64,000 nucleotides of DNA from an uncultured Chloroflexia bacterium (GTDB lineage: Bacteria; Chloroflexota; Limnocylindria; Limnocylindrales; CSP1-4). Location of the stretch: contig CAVPPB010000003.1 of NCBI GenBank assembly GCA_963707215.1, positions 1,312,001 through 1,376,000 of the forward strand, read 5' to 3'. Shown here in pieces: positions 1-9,401 of the stretch (position 1 is the stretch's first letter; each line of letters opens with the position of its first letter). Below the pieces are notes generated by a model. The model was not told the DNA's origin, did not search any database, and was given only the letters and a program-made list of their open reading frames with translations. The translations under genes and the position numbers were made by a program.

Positions 1-1059
1 GCCGATGAGGTTCGGGTCGGGATCGTCGTTCGGCGAGAAGAGGATGTGGGAGGTCTTCACCTCGTCGCCCGCACCCTGCGGAGCGCGCACGTAGATCTCG
101 CTGACGCGGCGCTGGAGGCTGGGGGTCTCGACGACCTCGGCAACGACCATCGCCTCCATCTTGTCCCGCCGGACGTCGGCCTCCACGGCCCGCCGGTAGT
201 CTGCGAGGGCGATGCCGGCGTCGACGATCTTCTGCTGGTGCTGCGGGTCGACCTCCTCGGCCACGATCTCGCTGACCCGCCCGATGCGGAAGACCCCATC
301 CTCGCCATCGATGACGTCGGTCGGGACATCGACTTCGGCGGCGAAGATCGCCTCGATGAAGGCCGGGTCCAGGGAGCTCTCCTCGCGGACCCAGCGGAGG
401 TCGCCGGCCTGGCTGGCCGACGGGGCCGTGGAGACCTCCTTGGCCACCTCGTCCCAGGCCGCTCCGCCGCGGAGATCGTCGAGCGCCGCCTCGGCGGCAT
501 CCCGGGCCGTCGTGATCTGCTCGGCCGTCGGCTCGCTGGCGCCCTCGTCGACCTCGGGCTCCACCTCGATGACCCAGGCATGCCGCTGCTCCGGGTCCGT
601 CGCTTCGACGAGGAGCTGGGCATCGATGTCGGCGTCGCTCACCACGACACCCTCGCGCTCGCCGAGCTGGCGCTGGAACTCGACGTCGATCAGACGCTCC
701 TGGACGAGGCTCGGGAGCGCCTGGCGCTGCTGCTGCACCAGCCCGATGCCGCTGTCCCGTTCGGCCTCGGTGATCCGGCCCGCCTGGTACTCGTCACGCA
801 GGCGGGATTCGGCCTGGTCGAGTCGCCACGACTCGATGTCGTAGCGGATCCGGTACTCGTCGCGACTGATCCCGACGCCGTTGACCGTCGCGACGGTCCC
901 GAAGCGGTCGGCGACCACGTTGCCGGCCACCGCGACGAGGAGGATGCCGAGGGCGGCCACGATGACGAGGGTGAAGCCGATGTTGAGGTAGAGCGACCGA
1001 CGGCCGCGCTCGTCGCGGCTCGGTCCGCGGCCCTTGGCGGGCCTGGCGCGGAAGGTCAT
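1..1059 (-). CDS. Membrane-anchored peptidyl-prolyl cis-trans isomerase (PrsA/SurA-like, parvulin type); 3' end runs off the window
   Basis: Read manually from ATG 1059: MTFRARPAK...LNIGFTLVIVAALGILLVAVA (TM), VATVNG, AWDEVAKEVSTAPSASQAGDLRW and a second VKTSHILFS parvulin-like motif. No stop before position 1. Confidence 0.8.
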   Translation of the reverse strand, partial: MTFRARPAKGRGPSRDERGRRSLYLNIGFTLVIVAALGILLVAVAGNVVADRFGTVATVNGVGISRDEYRIRYDIESWRLDQAESRLRDEYQAGRITEAERDSGIGLVQQQRQALPSLVQERLIDVEFQRQLGEREGVVVSDADIDAQLLVEATDPEQRHAWVIEVEPEVDEGASEPTAEQITTARDAAEAALDDLRGGAAWDEVAKEVSTAPSASQAGDLRWVREESSLDPAFIEAIFAAEVDVPTDVIDGEDGVFRIGRVSEIVAEEVDPQHQQKIVDAGIALADYRRAVEADVRRDKMEAMVVAEVVETPSLQRRVSEIYVRAPQGAGDEVKTSHILFSPNDDPDPNLIG

Positions 1060-1167
1060 GGGAAGGCTGGACTCCGATGGATGGGGCGATGCGGCCGGCT
1101 GAGGGTGGCCGAGCCCGCGACATGCTACCGCATCGCCCGCCCGCGGCCCCGCCTGAGAGTCCGGCCC

Positions 1168-2475
1168 TCAGGCGGACGGGACTCCCCAGCCGGCCCCGAG
1201 TCGGAGGACCTGGTCGTCGCGCCGGACCCGTCCACGAGAGCTGTCGACGGTGTCGACGACGAGGCGGGCCCGGTCGTAGACGCCCTCCCAGTCGATCGCC
1301 CGATGCGGCGTCACGACGACGACGACGTCCGACTCGGCGAGCAGCTCGTCGAGGTCGCGGCTCTCGAACCTGGTCCCTGCAGCGTCCCGGAACACGGGGA
1401 CGTGGGGGTCGTGGTACTCGACCGTCGCTCCGAGGTCCCGCAGCCCGGCGATGATGTCGGCCGCGGGCGAGTTGCGCGGATCCCGTACGTCGCGCTTGAA
1501 GGCGACCCCCAGGACCCCGATCCGGGCCCCCCGGACTGCGCGGCCGTGGCGGTTCAGGGCGGTCCCGACGAGGGCGACGACATGCCGCGGCATGGCCAGG
1601 TTGATATCTCCGGCCAGCTCGACGAAGCGATCGACGAAATCGAACTCTCGGGCCCGCCAGGACAGGTAGTAGGGATCGACCGGGATGCAGTGCCCTCCGA
1701 CCCCCGGGCCGGGGGTGAAGCGCATGAACCCGAAGGGCTTGGTGGCCGCCGCGTCGACGATCTCCCAGACGTCGAGGTCCATCCGCTCGCAGAGCAGGGC
1801 CAGCTCGTTGACGAGCGCGATGTTGACGTTGCGGAAGACGTTCTCGAGGAGCTTCGCGAGCTCGGCGGCGTCGGGCGATGAGAGCTCCAGGACCCGGTCG
1901 TTGATCCGCCGGAGGAGCGCGGCCGCCCGAGCTGTCGCGGCGGGGGTCAGGCCGCCGACCAGGCGGGGCACGTCCCGCATCGCGGACTCGGGGTCGCCCG
2001 GGTTGACGCGCTCCGGCGCGAAGGCCAGGTCGAAGTCCGTGCCGGCCGCGAGCCCCGACGCCTCCAGGGCCGCCCGGAGCGGGCCGGTCGTCGTCCCCGG
2101 GAACGTCGTCGACTGGAGAACGACCAGCTGACCCGGGCGAAGCTCGGAGCGGATCCGGGCGGCCGCGTCGAGCACCGGGCCGAGGTCGGGGTCCTTGGCG
2201 TCGTTGATGGGGGTCGGGACGCAGATGAAGATGGCATCGGGCCGGGCCAGGTCCGCCTCGTCGGTCGTCGACACCGCGAGCCCGGCCCCGAGGGCGCTCC
2301 GGAGCCGCTCGCTGGTCACGTCGTCGATCGGCGACCGGCCGGCCGCCAGCTCGGCCACCCGTTCCGCGCTGGCGTCGACGCCGACGACGGTGCAGCCCGC
2401 CTCGACGAAGCTCACGGCCAGCGGCAGCCCGACGTAGCCGAGCCCGACGATGGCGATCTCCTGGTCCCGTGTCAC
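1168..2475 (-). CDS. Nucleotide-sugar 6-dehydrogenase (UDP-GlcNAc/ManNAc dehydrogenase family, WbpA/WecC-like)
   Basis: GLGYVG Rossmann motif, CVPTP, PERVNPG, AELAKLLEN, catalytic GVGGHCIPVDP, GVAFK. Confidence 0.92.
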   Translation of the reverse strand: MTRDQEIAIVGLGYVGLPLAVSFVEAGCTVVGVDASAERVAELAAGRSPIDDVTSERLRSALGAGLAVSTTDEADLARPDAIFICVPTPINDAKDPDLGPVLDAAARIRSELRPGQLVVLQSTTFPGTTTGPLRAALEASGLAAGTDFDLAFAPERVNPGDPESAMRDVPRLVGGLTPAATARAAALLRRINDRVLELSSPDAAELAKLLENVFRNVNIALVNELALLCERMDLDVWEIVDAAATKPFGFMRFTPGPGVGGHCIPVDPYYLSWRAREFDFVDRFVELAGDINLAMPRHVVALVGTALNRHGRAVRGARIGVLGVAFKRDVRDPRNSPAADIIAGLRDLGATVEYHDPHVPVFRDAAGTRFESRDLDELLAESDVVVVVTPHRAIDWEGVYDRARLVVDTVDSSRGRVRRDDQVLRLGAGWGVPSA

Positions 2476-3731
2476 CGGTGCGCTCCCTCTCGGTCCCCGG
2501 GACCCGTGCCCGGCCCCGCGGAGGATAGCCCGTCCGCCGCGAGTCGCTCGACGAGGGCGAGGTATCGCTGGGACTCCCGCTCCCAGGCGAGCTCCGCGAC
2601 CAGGGCCTGCGTCCGGGCCACCCGGGCCTCCCTGTCCGCGACGTCGTCGGTCAGGGCGAGGATCGCCTCGGCGAGGTCGTCGGGGTCCCCAGGCCGATAG
2701 GTCCTGATCGTCCCGGGACCGAAGACGCGCTCGACCATCGGCAGGGCGGTCGCGACCACCGGCTTGCCCATCGCGGCGTACTCGAAGAGCTTCGTCGAGA
2801 GGCTGAAGTCCGTGAAGCCGTTCCGACGAGTCGGCGCCAGCCCGATGTCGGCCGCAGCGATCGCCGCTGGCACGGCCTCGATAGGGACCCGCCCGTGGAA
2901 GACCACACGATCGGCGACGCCGAGAGCCCTGGCGGCGCCGGCGAGGTCGGCCTCGCCGTAGTCGCGGCCGTACAGTTCGAGTGTCGGGTCCAGCTCCGGC
3001 CGGGCTGCGACGACGGCGGCGACGGCGGCGATCGCCACGTCGAGCTCGTAGATCGGCGACAGGGCGCCGGCGTACACGAGCCGGAGCCGGCCATCGGCCA
3101 TGAAGGAGCGGCTCGCCGCGATGCCGGGGTCGAAGCGGGACAAGGCCGGGCTGTTCCGGACGACGGTGACCTTCGATGGCGGCGCGCCGAGGACCACGAG
3201 CCGGTCGGCGAGGGCCTCGTTCACGGTCAGCACGGCCGAGGCGACCGCGATCGCAGCGCGTTCCTGGGCGACCAGCAGGGCATGGGCGAGCGGGTTGGAG
3301 GCCCGCGGGAAGCGGATGCGAAAGAACTCCGGCATCGCCTCGTGGAGGTCCAGGACGAGCGGGACGCCGGCAAGGCGGACGGGCAGCGCAGCGAAGGCGA
3401 GGTAGTCGGGCAGCGAGTGGACCTGGACGAGCGCGTAGCGGTGACGACGATGGGCCCGCGCGAGCGCCCAGCCCGCCCGCAGGAAGAAGTCCCCGTACTC
3501 GGTCAGGTAGCGGGGCAGACCGGCGCCCTGGTGTCGCTGGACGTCGAGGCGGATGACGCGGACGCCGTCGAGCCGGTCGACGGCCGGGTCGCCCGGACGA
3601 CGCAGGGCGAAGACGTCGACCGGCCGGCCGGCGGCGACGAGCGCCTCGGCCTCGCGGCGGACCCGGGGATCCTCCTCGTAGTACGAGTGGGCGAGCATGG
3701 CGACGGGCCGTCGCCGGCGGTCCTCGGCCAC
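2472..3731 (-). CDS. Glycosyltransferase family 4
   Basis: C-terminal part of ORF 2472..4790, GTG start at 3731 inferred. DPRVRREAEAL, LDLHE, STKLFEYAAMGKPVV (GT-B/GT4). Confidence 0.88.
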   Translation of the reverse strand: MAEDRRRRPVAMLAHSYYEEDPRVRREAEALVAAGRPVDVFALRRPGDPAVDRLDGVRVIRLDVQRHQGAGLPRYLTEYGDFFLRAGWALARAHRRHRYALVQVHSLPDYLAFAALPVRLAGVPLVLDLHEAMPEFFRIRFPRASNPLAHALLVAQERAAIAVASAVLTVNEALADRLVVLGAPPSKVTVVRNSPALSRFDPGIAASRSFMADGRLRLVYAGALSPIYELDVAIAAVAAVVAARPELDPTLELYGRDYGEADLAGAARALGVADRVVFHGRVPIEAVPAAIAAADIGLAPTRRNGFTDFSLSTKLFEYAAMGKPVVATALPMVERVFGPGTIRTYRPGDPDDLAEAILALTDDVADREARVARTQALVAELAWERESQRYLALVERLAADGLSSAGPGTGPGDREGAHR

Positions 3732-3739
3732 CTCGCTGC

Positions 3740-5041
3740 TCAGCGTCCCCGACCGCGGCCGGCGAGACGCGCCCGGAACCGGCGCAGCGGCCGCTTGACC
3801 GGTTCGGGCAGGAACGTCCGCAGCCGGTCGCCGGGGGTGGGGGCGACCGCTCCGGTCACCGGACCGAGTGACGGCAGTCCGAGCCGGGCACGCAGCTCCT
3901 CCTCGCGGAGCCGGGTCCTGGCAAGCTCGTTCTGGGACCGGGCGAGCTGGGTCTCCAGGCGCTCGATCCGGCGGGCGGGCTCGAGACTGAGCCAGTCGGG
4001 GAACGCGCGGACGGCCACCGGCGGGTGATCGGCCTCGTACGCGGCCACGAGCTGCCTCGCGATGACCGGCGCGTCGTGGATCCCGGCGACGTACGAGCGG
4101 CCACGGGACGCCAGTCCACGACGCAGCTCGCGGTCCGTGAGCAGGGTCGTCATCCGCTCGTCGAACGTGTCCGGATCGAGCGCCCAGACGGGCGCTGCCG
4201 GGAAGGCGTCGAGGGCCTGCGGCCCGACGTTGGCGACGGCGACGCGATTGGCCGCCATCGCCTCGATCGAGACGACCTCGTAGTCGCCGGTCAGGACGTT
4301 GTCGATGACCACGTCGGCATCGGCGATCGCCCGCATCGCCTCGTCGTGCGGGACCCCCTCGAGGAGTCGACGCTCGAAGGGCAGCCCGGCCGCTGCCAGG
4401 CGGTCCAGGCCGGCGAGGATCAGGTCGGTGCCCTTGGTGCCCCGCCTCGAAGGGACGTGGAGGACGACCGGCACGTCGCGCTGGGCGGGCGGTTGCTCCG
4501 GCCACGCCGCGAGATCGATCGCCCTGGGTAGGACCTCGGCCTCCGGGACGAAGTGGCGGTAGTCGACGGAGGTGACGAAAAGCCGATCCGCATAGGTGCG
4601 ACAGACCTCGATGACCTTCTCCGTCCGATCGTCGTCCGCCTCGATGTCGCTGAACCTGTAGTAGCTCCAGGGGTTGACCTGCTCGTGGATCCGGCGGATC
4701 CGGATGTCGGTGCCGTGGAAGGTGAAGAAGACCTTCTTGCCGAGGATGCGGTAGATCGGCAGGTCCCAGAACGGCGGCAGCCCGCCCCACTGGTTCGGGA
4801 ACAGCGTCCGGGCGAAGTGGAAGTGCAGGACATCGAACCGATCGATGGCCTCGAGGAAGGTCCGCCAGAAGACCGTCGGATCGCGGGTCTCCCGATCGAG
4901 TGAGATGGTCCGGTCCACCTCGAAGCCGAACGGGTTCGCGTCGTACTCCCAGACCTCGGCCTCGTGGCCCATGGCCCGCAGGGCCCGGACGACGATCGCC
5001 GGCTGGTCGGCGATGTTCCGGGCGGCGTGGAGGATCCGCAT
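3740..5041 (-). CDS. Glycosyltransferase (GT-B fold) with C-terminal coiled coil
   Basis: MRILH..., FDVLHFHF, FHGTDIR, HVPSRRGTKGT, ADVVIDN, VSIEAMA. Confidence 0.8.
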   Translation of the reverse strand: MRILHAARNIADQPAIVVRALRAMGHEAEVWEYDANPFGFEVDRTISLDRETRDPTVFWRTFLEAIDRFDVLHFHFARTLFPNQWGGLPPFWDLPIYRILGKKVFFTFHGTDIRIRRIHEQVNPWSYYRFSDIEADDDRTEKVIEVCRTYADRLFVTSVDYRHFVPEAEVLPRAIDLAAWPEQPPAQRDVPVVLHVPSRRGTKGTDLILAGLDRLAAAGLPFERRLLEGVPHDEAMRAIADADVVIDNVLTGDYEVVSIEAMAANRVAVANVGPQALDAFPAAPVWALDPDTFDERMTTLLTDRELRRGLASRGRSYVAGIHDAPVIARQLVAAYEADHPPVAVRAFPDWLSLEPARRIERLETQLARSQNELARTRLREEELRARLGLPSLGPVTGAVAPTPGDRLRTFLPEPVKRPLRRFRARLAGRGRGR

Positions 5042-5044
5042 CGT

Positions 5045-6367
5045 TCAGGCTCCCGCTTCCGTCCGACCGCCGCTCCCGATCCGGGTCGCCGTGGCGGCCT
5101 CGAGGTAGGGCGCGATGGCGGCCTGGACCGCCGAGTAGGTGAAGGCGCGACCGGCCGCGAACGTCCGCTCCGCGGCCGCCTTGTACAGGCCCGGGTCGGT
5201 GAGGGCCCGGCGGATGATCGGGCTCGCCTCGTCGAGATCGTCCACGAAGAGCGGGTAGTCCGTCCCCAGAACCTCCTCCTGGGTCGAGGTCCGGGTGAGG
5301 ACGACGGGCAGCCCGACAGCGGCGTAGTCGAGGAGCTTCGTGGAGACGACCAGGTCGTTCATGTGCGATCCGTGGCGATAGTCCCAGAGCGACAGGGCGA
5401 CGCCGCCATGGCCCAGCAGGCGAGCCGTGGCCTCCCGGCTGAGGCCGCCGTGCCAGACGACCCCCGGCGTCGTCCGCAGCCGACGCTCCAGGTCCGGCGC
5501 GTAGGTCGGATCCTCCGGCAGGCGGACGATCTTGTCGCCCGCGACATGGAGCTCCAGGTCGGGCAGCCCCTCGGCTCGGAGCGCCGTCGTCGTATCGATC
5601 ATCCGGTCGACCGGGTAGAAGGGATGGAACTTTCCGGTGTAGAGCAGCCGACGGACGGGCATCGAAGGGTCCGCCCGGGCCGGCGGCTCGTCAGGGATCG
5701 CCGGCGGCAGCAGGATGGTCCGGCCGTGGGCCTCGGGGACGATGGATCCCAGCAGGTCCCGCATCGCCGCTGACTGGACCACGACGTGCCGGGAGAAGCT
5801 CGCGATCCGGGCCATGTCCGCGCGATACGCGGGATCGTCCTGGTCGCGCTCCGGCTCCAGGACGTAGGCGCTCCAGATCCGGTCCCGCAGCGACTCGCGC
5901 TCCGTGGCCCGGAGGCAGAGCTGGAAGGAGCGCAGGATGACGGCGTCGAACGGGCGGTCGCGGTCGAGGCGCTCGATGAGATCGAGGGCCTGGGTGGTCG
6001 TCAGCCCCAGGTTCCGGGCGGCCAGGCGCGGATGGATGTCGACGACGTCGACCCGGTCCATCGCGGCAAGCGGCCCGCTGACGATGGCGCGCCGTTGTGG
6101 CGCGCGAAGCGGGACCGTGACCTGGACCCGAGGGCCGGCGAGGAGCGTCTCGACGACGCTCTGGACCCAGATCGTCGAGCCGTCCACCTGGTTCAGGTTG
6201 GCCGGCGAGTAGAGAAGGACGCGAATGGTCTCGGCCGGCAGGTCGGGCAGGGGTCGGAGGCGGGGCCGGCTGAGCTTTCGCAGGGCCGCGTCGAAGCCGC
6301 TGACGGTGCGGATGCGGCGGGCGACGTGGGCCGCGCCGGCACGAGAAGCCTCGACCCCGGGTGACAT
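5045..6367 (-). CDS. Glycosyltransferase (GT4-like)
   Basis: C-terminal part of ORF 5045..7024. LNQVDGSTIW, LLYTGKF, STKLLDYAAVGLPVV. ATG 6367 lies 7 nt after a TAGAAT box. Confidence 0.8.
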   Translation of the reverse strand: MSPGVEASRAGAAHVARRIRTVSGFDAALRKLSRPRLRPLPDLPAETIRVLLYSPANLNQVDGSTIWVQSVVETLLAGPRVQVTVPLRAPQRRAIVSGPLAAMDRVDVVDIHPRLAARNLGLTTTQALDLIERLDRDRPFDAVILRSFQLCLRATERESLRDRIWSAYVLEPERDQDDPAYRADMARIASFSRHVVVQSAAMRDLLGSIVPEAHGRTILLPPAIPDEPPARADPSMPVRRLLYTGKFHPFYPVDRMIDTTTALRAEGLPDLELHVAGDKIVRLPEDPTYAPDLERRLRTTPGVVWHGGLSREATARLLGHGGVALSLWDYRHGSHMNDLVVSTKLLDYAAVGLPVVLTRTSTQEEVLGTDYPLFVDDLDEASPIIRRALTDPGLYKAAAERTFAAGRAFTYSAVQAAIAPYLEAATATRIGSGGRTEAGA

Positions 6368-6374
6368 CCGGGCC

Positions 6375-6421
6375 ATTCTAGCGGCCACCCGAGGCGGGGC
6401 CGGGCGACCGTCTGCTACGCT
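6375..6421. promoter_or_regulatory. Back-to-back -10 boxes for the divergent GT and wzm genes (probably leaderless)
   Basis: TAGAAT on the minus strand (6375-6380) 7 nt before ATG 6367; TGcTACGCT on the plus strand (6413-6421) 9 nt before ATG 6431. Confidence 0.6.
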
Positions 6422-6430
6422 CCGCCGCGC

Positions 6431-7279
6431 ATGTCCAGCCACTCGCAGGTCCGAACCTACCGGGCCGCCGAGCATCCCAACCCGTTCCAGCTCATCGCCC
6501 AGGGCTTCCGCGAGATCTGGTCGCGGCGCCGCCTGACGCGCTACCTGGTCCAGGCCGACCTCCACCGCCACGGCGCCGACACCATCCTCGGCAACATCTG
6601 GTGGGTGCTCGACCCGCTGCTCCAGATGATCGTCTACGTGATCCTCGTGTCGGTCATCTTCCAGCGCGCCACGGAGGATTACGCGCTCTTCGTCTTCGCG
6701 GCGATCCTGCCCTGGAAGTGGTTCTCGGCCAGCGTCAACGATTCGATCACCTCGGTCACGTCGCGCGAGCGGATCATCAAGCAGGTCAGCTTCCCCAAGA
6801 TCGTCCTGCCCGTCGCGGCGACCTCCAGCGGGATCGTCAGCTTCGCCTTCGGGATGATCCCGATGCTCGGGTTGATGCTCCTCTTCTACAGCGACCGGAT
6901 CAGTCTGTTCCTCCTGGTCATCCCGGCGGTCGCGGTCGTCCAGCTGGTCTTCACCCTGGCCATCGCCATCCTCGTCTCGGCCGTGAACGTGTTCTTCCGC
7001 GACGTCGGTAACGTCGCTCGTCACGGCCTGCGGATCTGGTTCTATCTCTCGCCCGGTCTCTACGGCCTCGACGCGCTGACCGGCAACCCGACCCTCCAGT
7101 CGCTGATGCGGTTGAACCCCTGGGCGACCATGTTCGAGTCCTACCGCGCCCTCATCTACTACGGGACCTGGCCGGACTGGGGCGCCCTGGCCATCCTGCT
7201 GGGCCTGTCCGTCCTCGGGCTTGGTGTCGCGATGGTCTTCTTCAAGCGGGTCGAGCCCGCCTTCGCCAAGGTCCTCTGA
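6431..7279 (+). CDS. ABC-2 polysaccharide/teichoic-acid exporter permease (Wzm/TagG-like)
   Basis: LGNIWWVLDPLLQM, multiple TM helices, FFRDV, WFYLSPGLY, LNPW, FFKRVEPAFAKVL. Confidence 0.92.
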   Translation: MSSHSQVRTYRAAEHPNPFQLIAQGFREIWSRRRLTRYLVQADLHRHGADTILGNIWWVLDPLLQMIVYVILVSVIFQRATEDYALFVFAAILPWKWFSASVNDSITSVTSRERIIKQVSFPKIVLPVAATSSGIVSFAFGMIPMLGLMLLFYSDRISLFLLVIPAVAVVQLVFTLAIAILVSAVNVFFRDVGNVARHGLRIWFYLSPGLYGLDALTGNPTLQSLMRLNPWATMFESYRALIYYGTWPDWGALAILLGLSVLGLGVAMVFFKRVEPAFAKVL

Positions 7280-8103
7280 TGAACGCCGCGACCGACGCCG
7301 ACACTGGGCCCGAGCTCGACTACGCGATCGACGTCCGCGGCCTGGGCATCCGCTACAACCTCCGCCTGACCCGCCGCACGACCGTCCGTGAGTCGTTCAA
7401 GAACGCCCTCCGCCGCTCCGAGGGTCCGACCCACTTCTGGGCCCTCCGGGACGTCACCTTCCGGGTCCCCCACGGCGAGACGCTGGCGGTCATCGGCCCG
7501 AACGGCGCGGGCAAGAGCACCCTCCTCCAGGTCCTCGCCGGGATCCTCCGGCCGAACGAGGGGCAGGTCGACGTGGTCGGCCAGGTGTCGAGCCTGCTGA
7601 CCCTCGGGGCGGGCTTCGATCAGGACCTCTCGGGCTTCGACAACATCCTGCTCGCCGGCGCCTTCCTCGGCATCGAGCACGAGGACATGGAGCGACGGCT
7701 CCCGGGCATCGTCGAGTTCGCCGGCCTGGGTCGCTTCATCGACGCCCCGATCAAGACCTACTCCTCGGGGATGCGGGCCCGGCTCGGCTTCTCGATCGCC
7801 ACGGCGGTCGATCCGGACGTGCTCATCATCGACGAGGTCCTGGCGACCGGCGACGCGGTCTTCCGGGAGAAGAGCAAGCACCGGATCATGGAGCTGACCC
7901 AGGCCGCCAAGGGCATCGTCATCGTGACCCACGACATGAGCTGGGTCCGCGAGTTCTGCAACCGGGCGCTGCTCCTCGACAGGGGCGGGATCGTCGCCAC
8001 CGGCGAGCCGGACGAGGTCGCCACGCTGCACGAGGAGCGCTCGGTCCGGGCCAAGGAGGCCCGCGAGGAGGAGCTCCGACGTCAGCTGGGGGCGGTGATC
8101 TAG
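7279..8103 (+). CDS. ABC polysaccharide exporter ATPase (Wzt/TagH-like, no C-terminal carbohydrate-binding domain)
   Basis: Walker A GPNGAGKST, signature YSSGMRARL, Walker B LIIDE, VTHD. Coupled to the permease by a TGATG overlap. Confidence 0.93.
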   Translation: MNAATDADTGPELDYAIDVRGLGIRYNLRLTRRTTVRESFKNALRRSEGPTHFWALRDVTFRVPHGETLAVIGPNGAGKSTLLQVLAGILRPNEGQVDVVGQVSSLLTLGAGFDQDLSGFDNILLAGAFLGIEHEDMERRLPGIVEFAGLGRFIDAPIKTYSSGMRARLGFSIATAVDPDVLIIDEVLATGDAVFREKSKHRIMELTQAAKGIVIVTHDMSWVREFCNRALLLDRGGIVATGEPDEVATLHEERSVRAKEAREEELRRQLGAVI

Positions 8104-9401
8104 CCGACCCGTTGCGGCGGAACGAGGTCGCGGACGGCCGCCAGGTACGGCCCGATGGCCGTCTCCCAGTTGTAGTGGTCGGCGGCCAGCCAGAGTGCCC
8201 GCGATCGCATCGCCTCGTAGGCGGCGGGCGGCTGGTCGAGGATGGTCGCCAGGGCCCGGGCAAGGTCGGTCGGGTCGGCCGGGTCGGCTGTCGCACCGAT
8301 CCGACCCGACTCGACGATGGTCCGCATCACCTCGAGGTCTCGCCCGACGACGATCGGGGTGCCGGCCGTGAGCGATTCCCAGAACTTGTTCGGGCTCGAG
8401 AGGCGCTGGTTGAGCGAGTCGGCCGGCACGGCGACGATCGACGCGTCGGCCGAGGCCGTCCAGGCCGGGACGTCATCGGGATGGACCGGGGGGAGGGTCA
8501 CGTGGCGACCGACGAAGCGCGGGTCTCGGTCGCGGTCGCGAAGGCGCTCGGCCCAGGCGCCGAAGCCGAGCACGACGAGGGCGGCGTCAGGCAGGCGAAG
8601 CACGGCCTCGGCGGCCTCGTCCAGGCCCCGGCCCGGCCCAAGGCGGCCCAGGAACAGGACGATCCGTCGTTCCGCGGGCAGGCCGACGGCGGCCCGGATC
8701 AGGTCCGGGCGGGGCTCCGGCGGGGCCCAGCGAGGCTGGCAGTTGAGCAGGACGAGGGGAGGTGGCAGGTCCCATCGGCGGGCCAGGTGGGCGGCCAGGG
8801 ATCCGTTCACCGTCACGACGAGGTCGGCCCGTCTCGCCCAGCGTCGTTCGCGAGCCCGGTACCAGGTCAACAGCGGTCCGGGCACCCGCTCGACGTTGTT
8901 CGAGTCGAGGATCGCATCCGTGACGTCGTAGACGACCCGCCCGGTTCGGCCGGCCCGGCGCGCACGCCGGGCCATCTCGATGGCGACCGGCACGGCCAGC
9001 ATCCCGCAGGCGTGGTACAGGTCGGCCGGCGCCAGCTCGGAACCCAGGGCCGCCCACCAGCCACGGGCCTGGGCAGGCCAGCCGATCCCCTTGAGGGCGA
9101 GGTCGCCGAGATCCGCGATCCGGCCGGCGCCGCGGCGGCTCGTCGGCGGACGCTCGGCCGTGAACCGGGCCCACGGGCCGGTCGGTCGATACCGGCGGAG
9201 GCGGACCGGGCCCTCGCTCTCCTCGACCGGCAGATCCGGACGTCCGACCGCGGCGATCTCGACGTCGTAGCCCTCGGAGGCCAGGCTGCGAGCCACGCGC
9301 AACCCGCGCGAGTACGGGGCAGCTGCGTTGCCGACGAGGACCACTGCCCGCGGAGCGGGTCTCGGCAGATGACCAGGACCGGTCGCCCGGGTGGTCACCA
9401 C
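8100..9401 (-). CDS. Glycosyltransferase family 4
   Basis: ADLYHAC, VVYDVTD, LFLGRL, SSPNKFWESLTAGTPIV. Confidence 0.88.
   Translation of the reverse strand: MVTTRATGPGHLPRPAPRAVVLVGNAAAPYSRGLRVARSLASEGYDVEIAAVGRPDLPVEESEGPVRLRRYRPTGPWARFTAERPPTSRRGAGRIADLGDLALKGIGWPAQARGWWAALGSELAPADLYHACGMLAVPVAIEMARRARRAGRTGRVVYDVTDAILDSNNVERVPGPLLTWYRARERRWARRADLVVTVNGSLAAHLARRWDLPPPLVLLNCQPRWAPPEPRPDLIRAAVGLPAERRIVLFLGRLGPGRGLDEAAEAVLRLPDAALVVLGFGAWAERLRDRDRDPRFVGRHVTLPPVHPDDVPAWTASADASIVAVPADSLNQRLSSPNKFWESLTAGTPIVVGRDLEVMRTIVESGRIGATADPADPTDLARALATILDQPPAAYEAMRSRALWLAADHYNWETAIGPYLAAVRDLVPPQRVG

Noticed and set aside
46-1881. Long ORF-track entries such as 46..1881(+), 21028..23841(+), 23935..25758(+), 37592..39112(+), 48732..50432(-) and 60371..63943(-)
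   Set aside because: They are antisense or off-frame shadows of motif-bearing genes. Stop codons are scarce at this GC content and the translations have no recognisable motifs.
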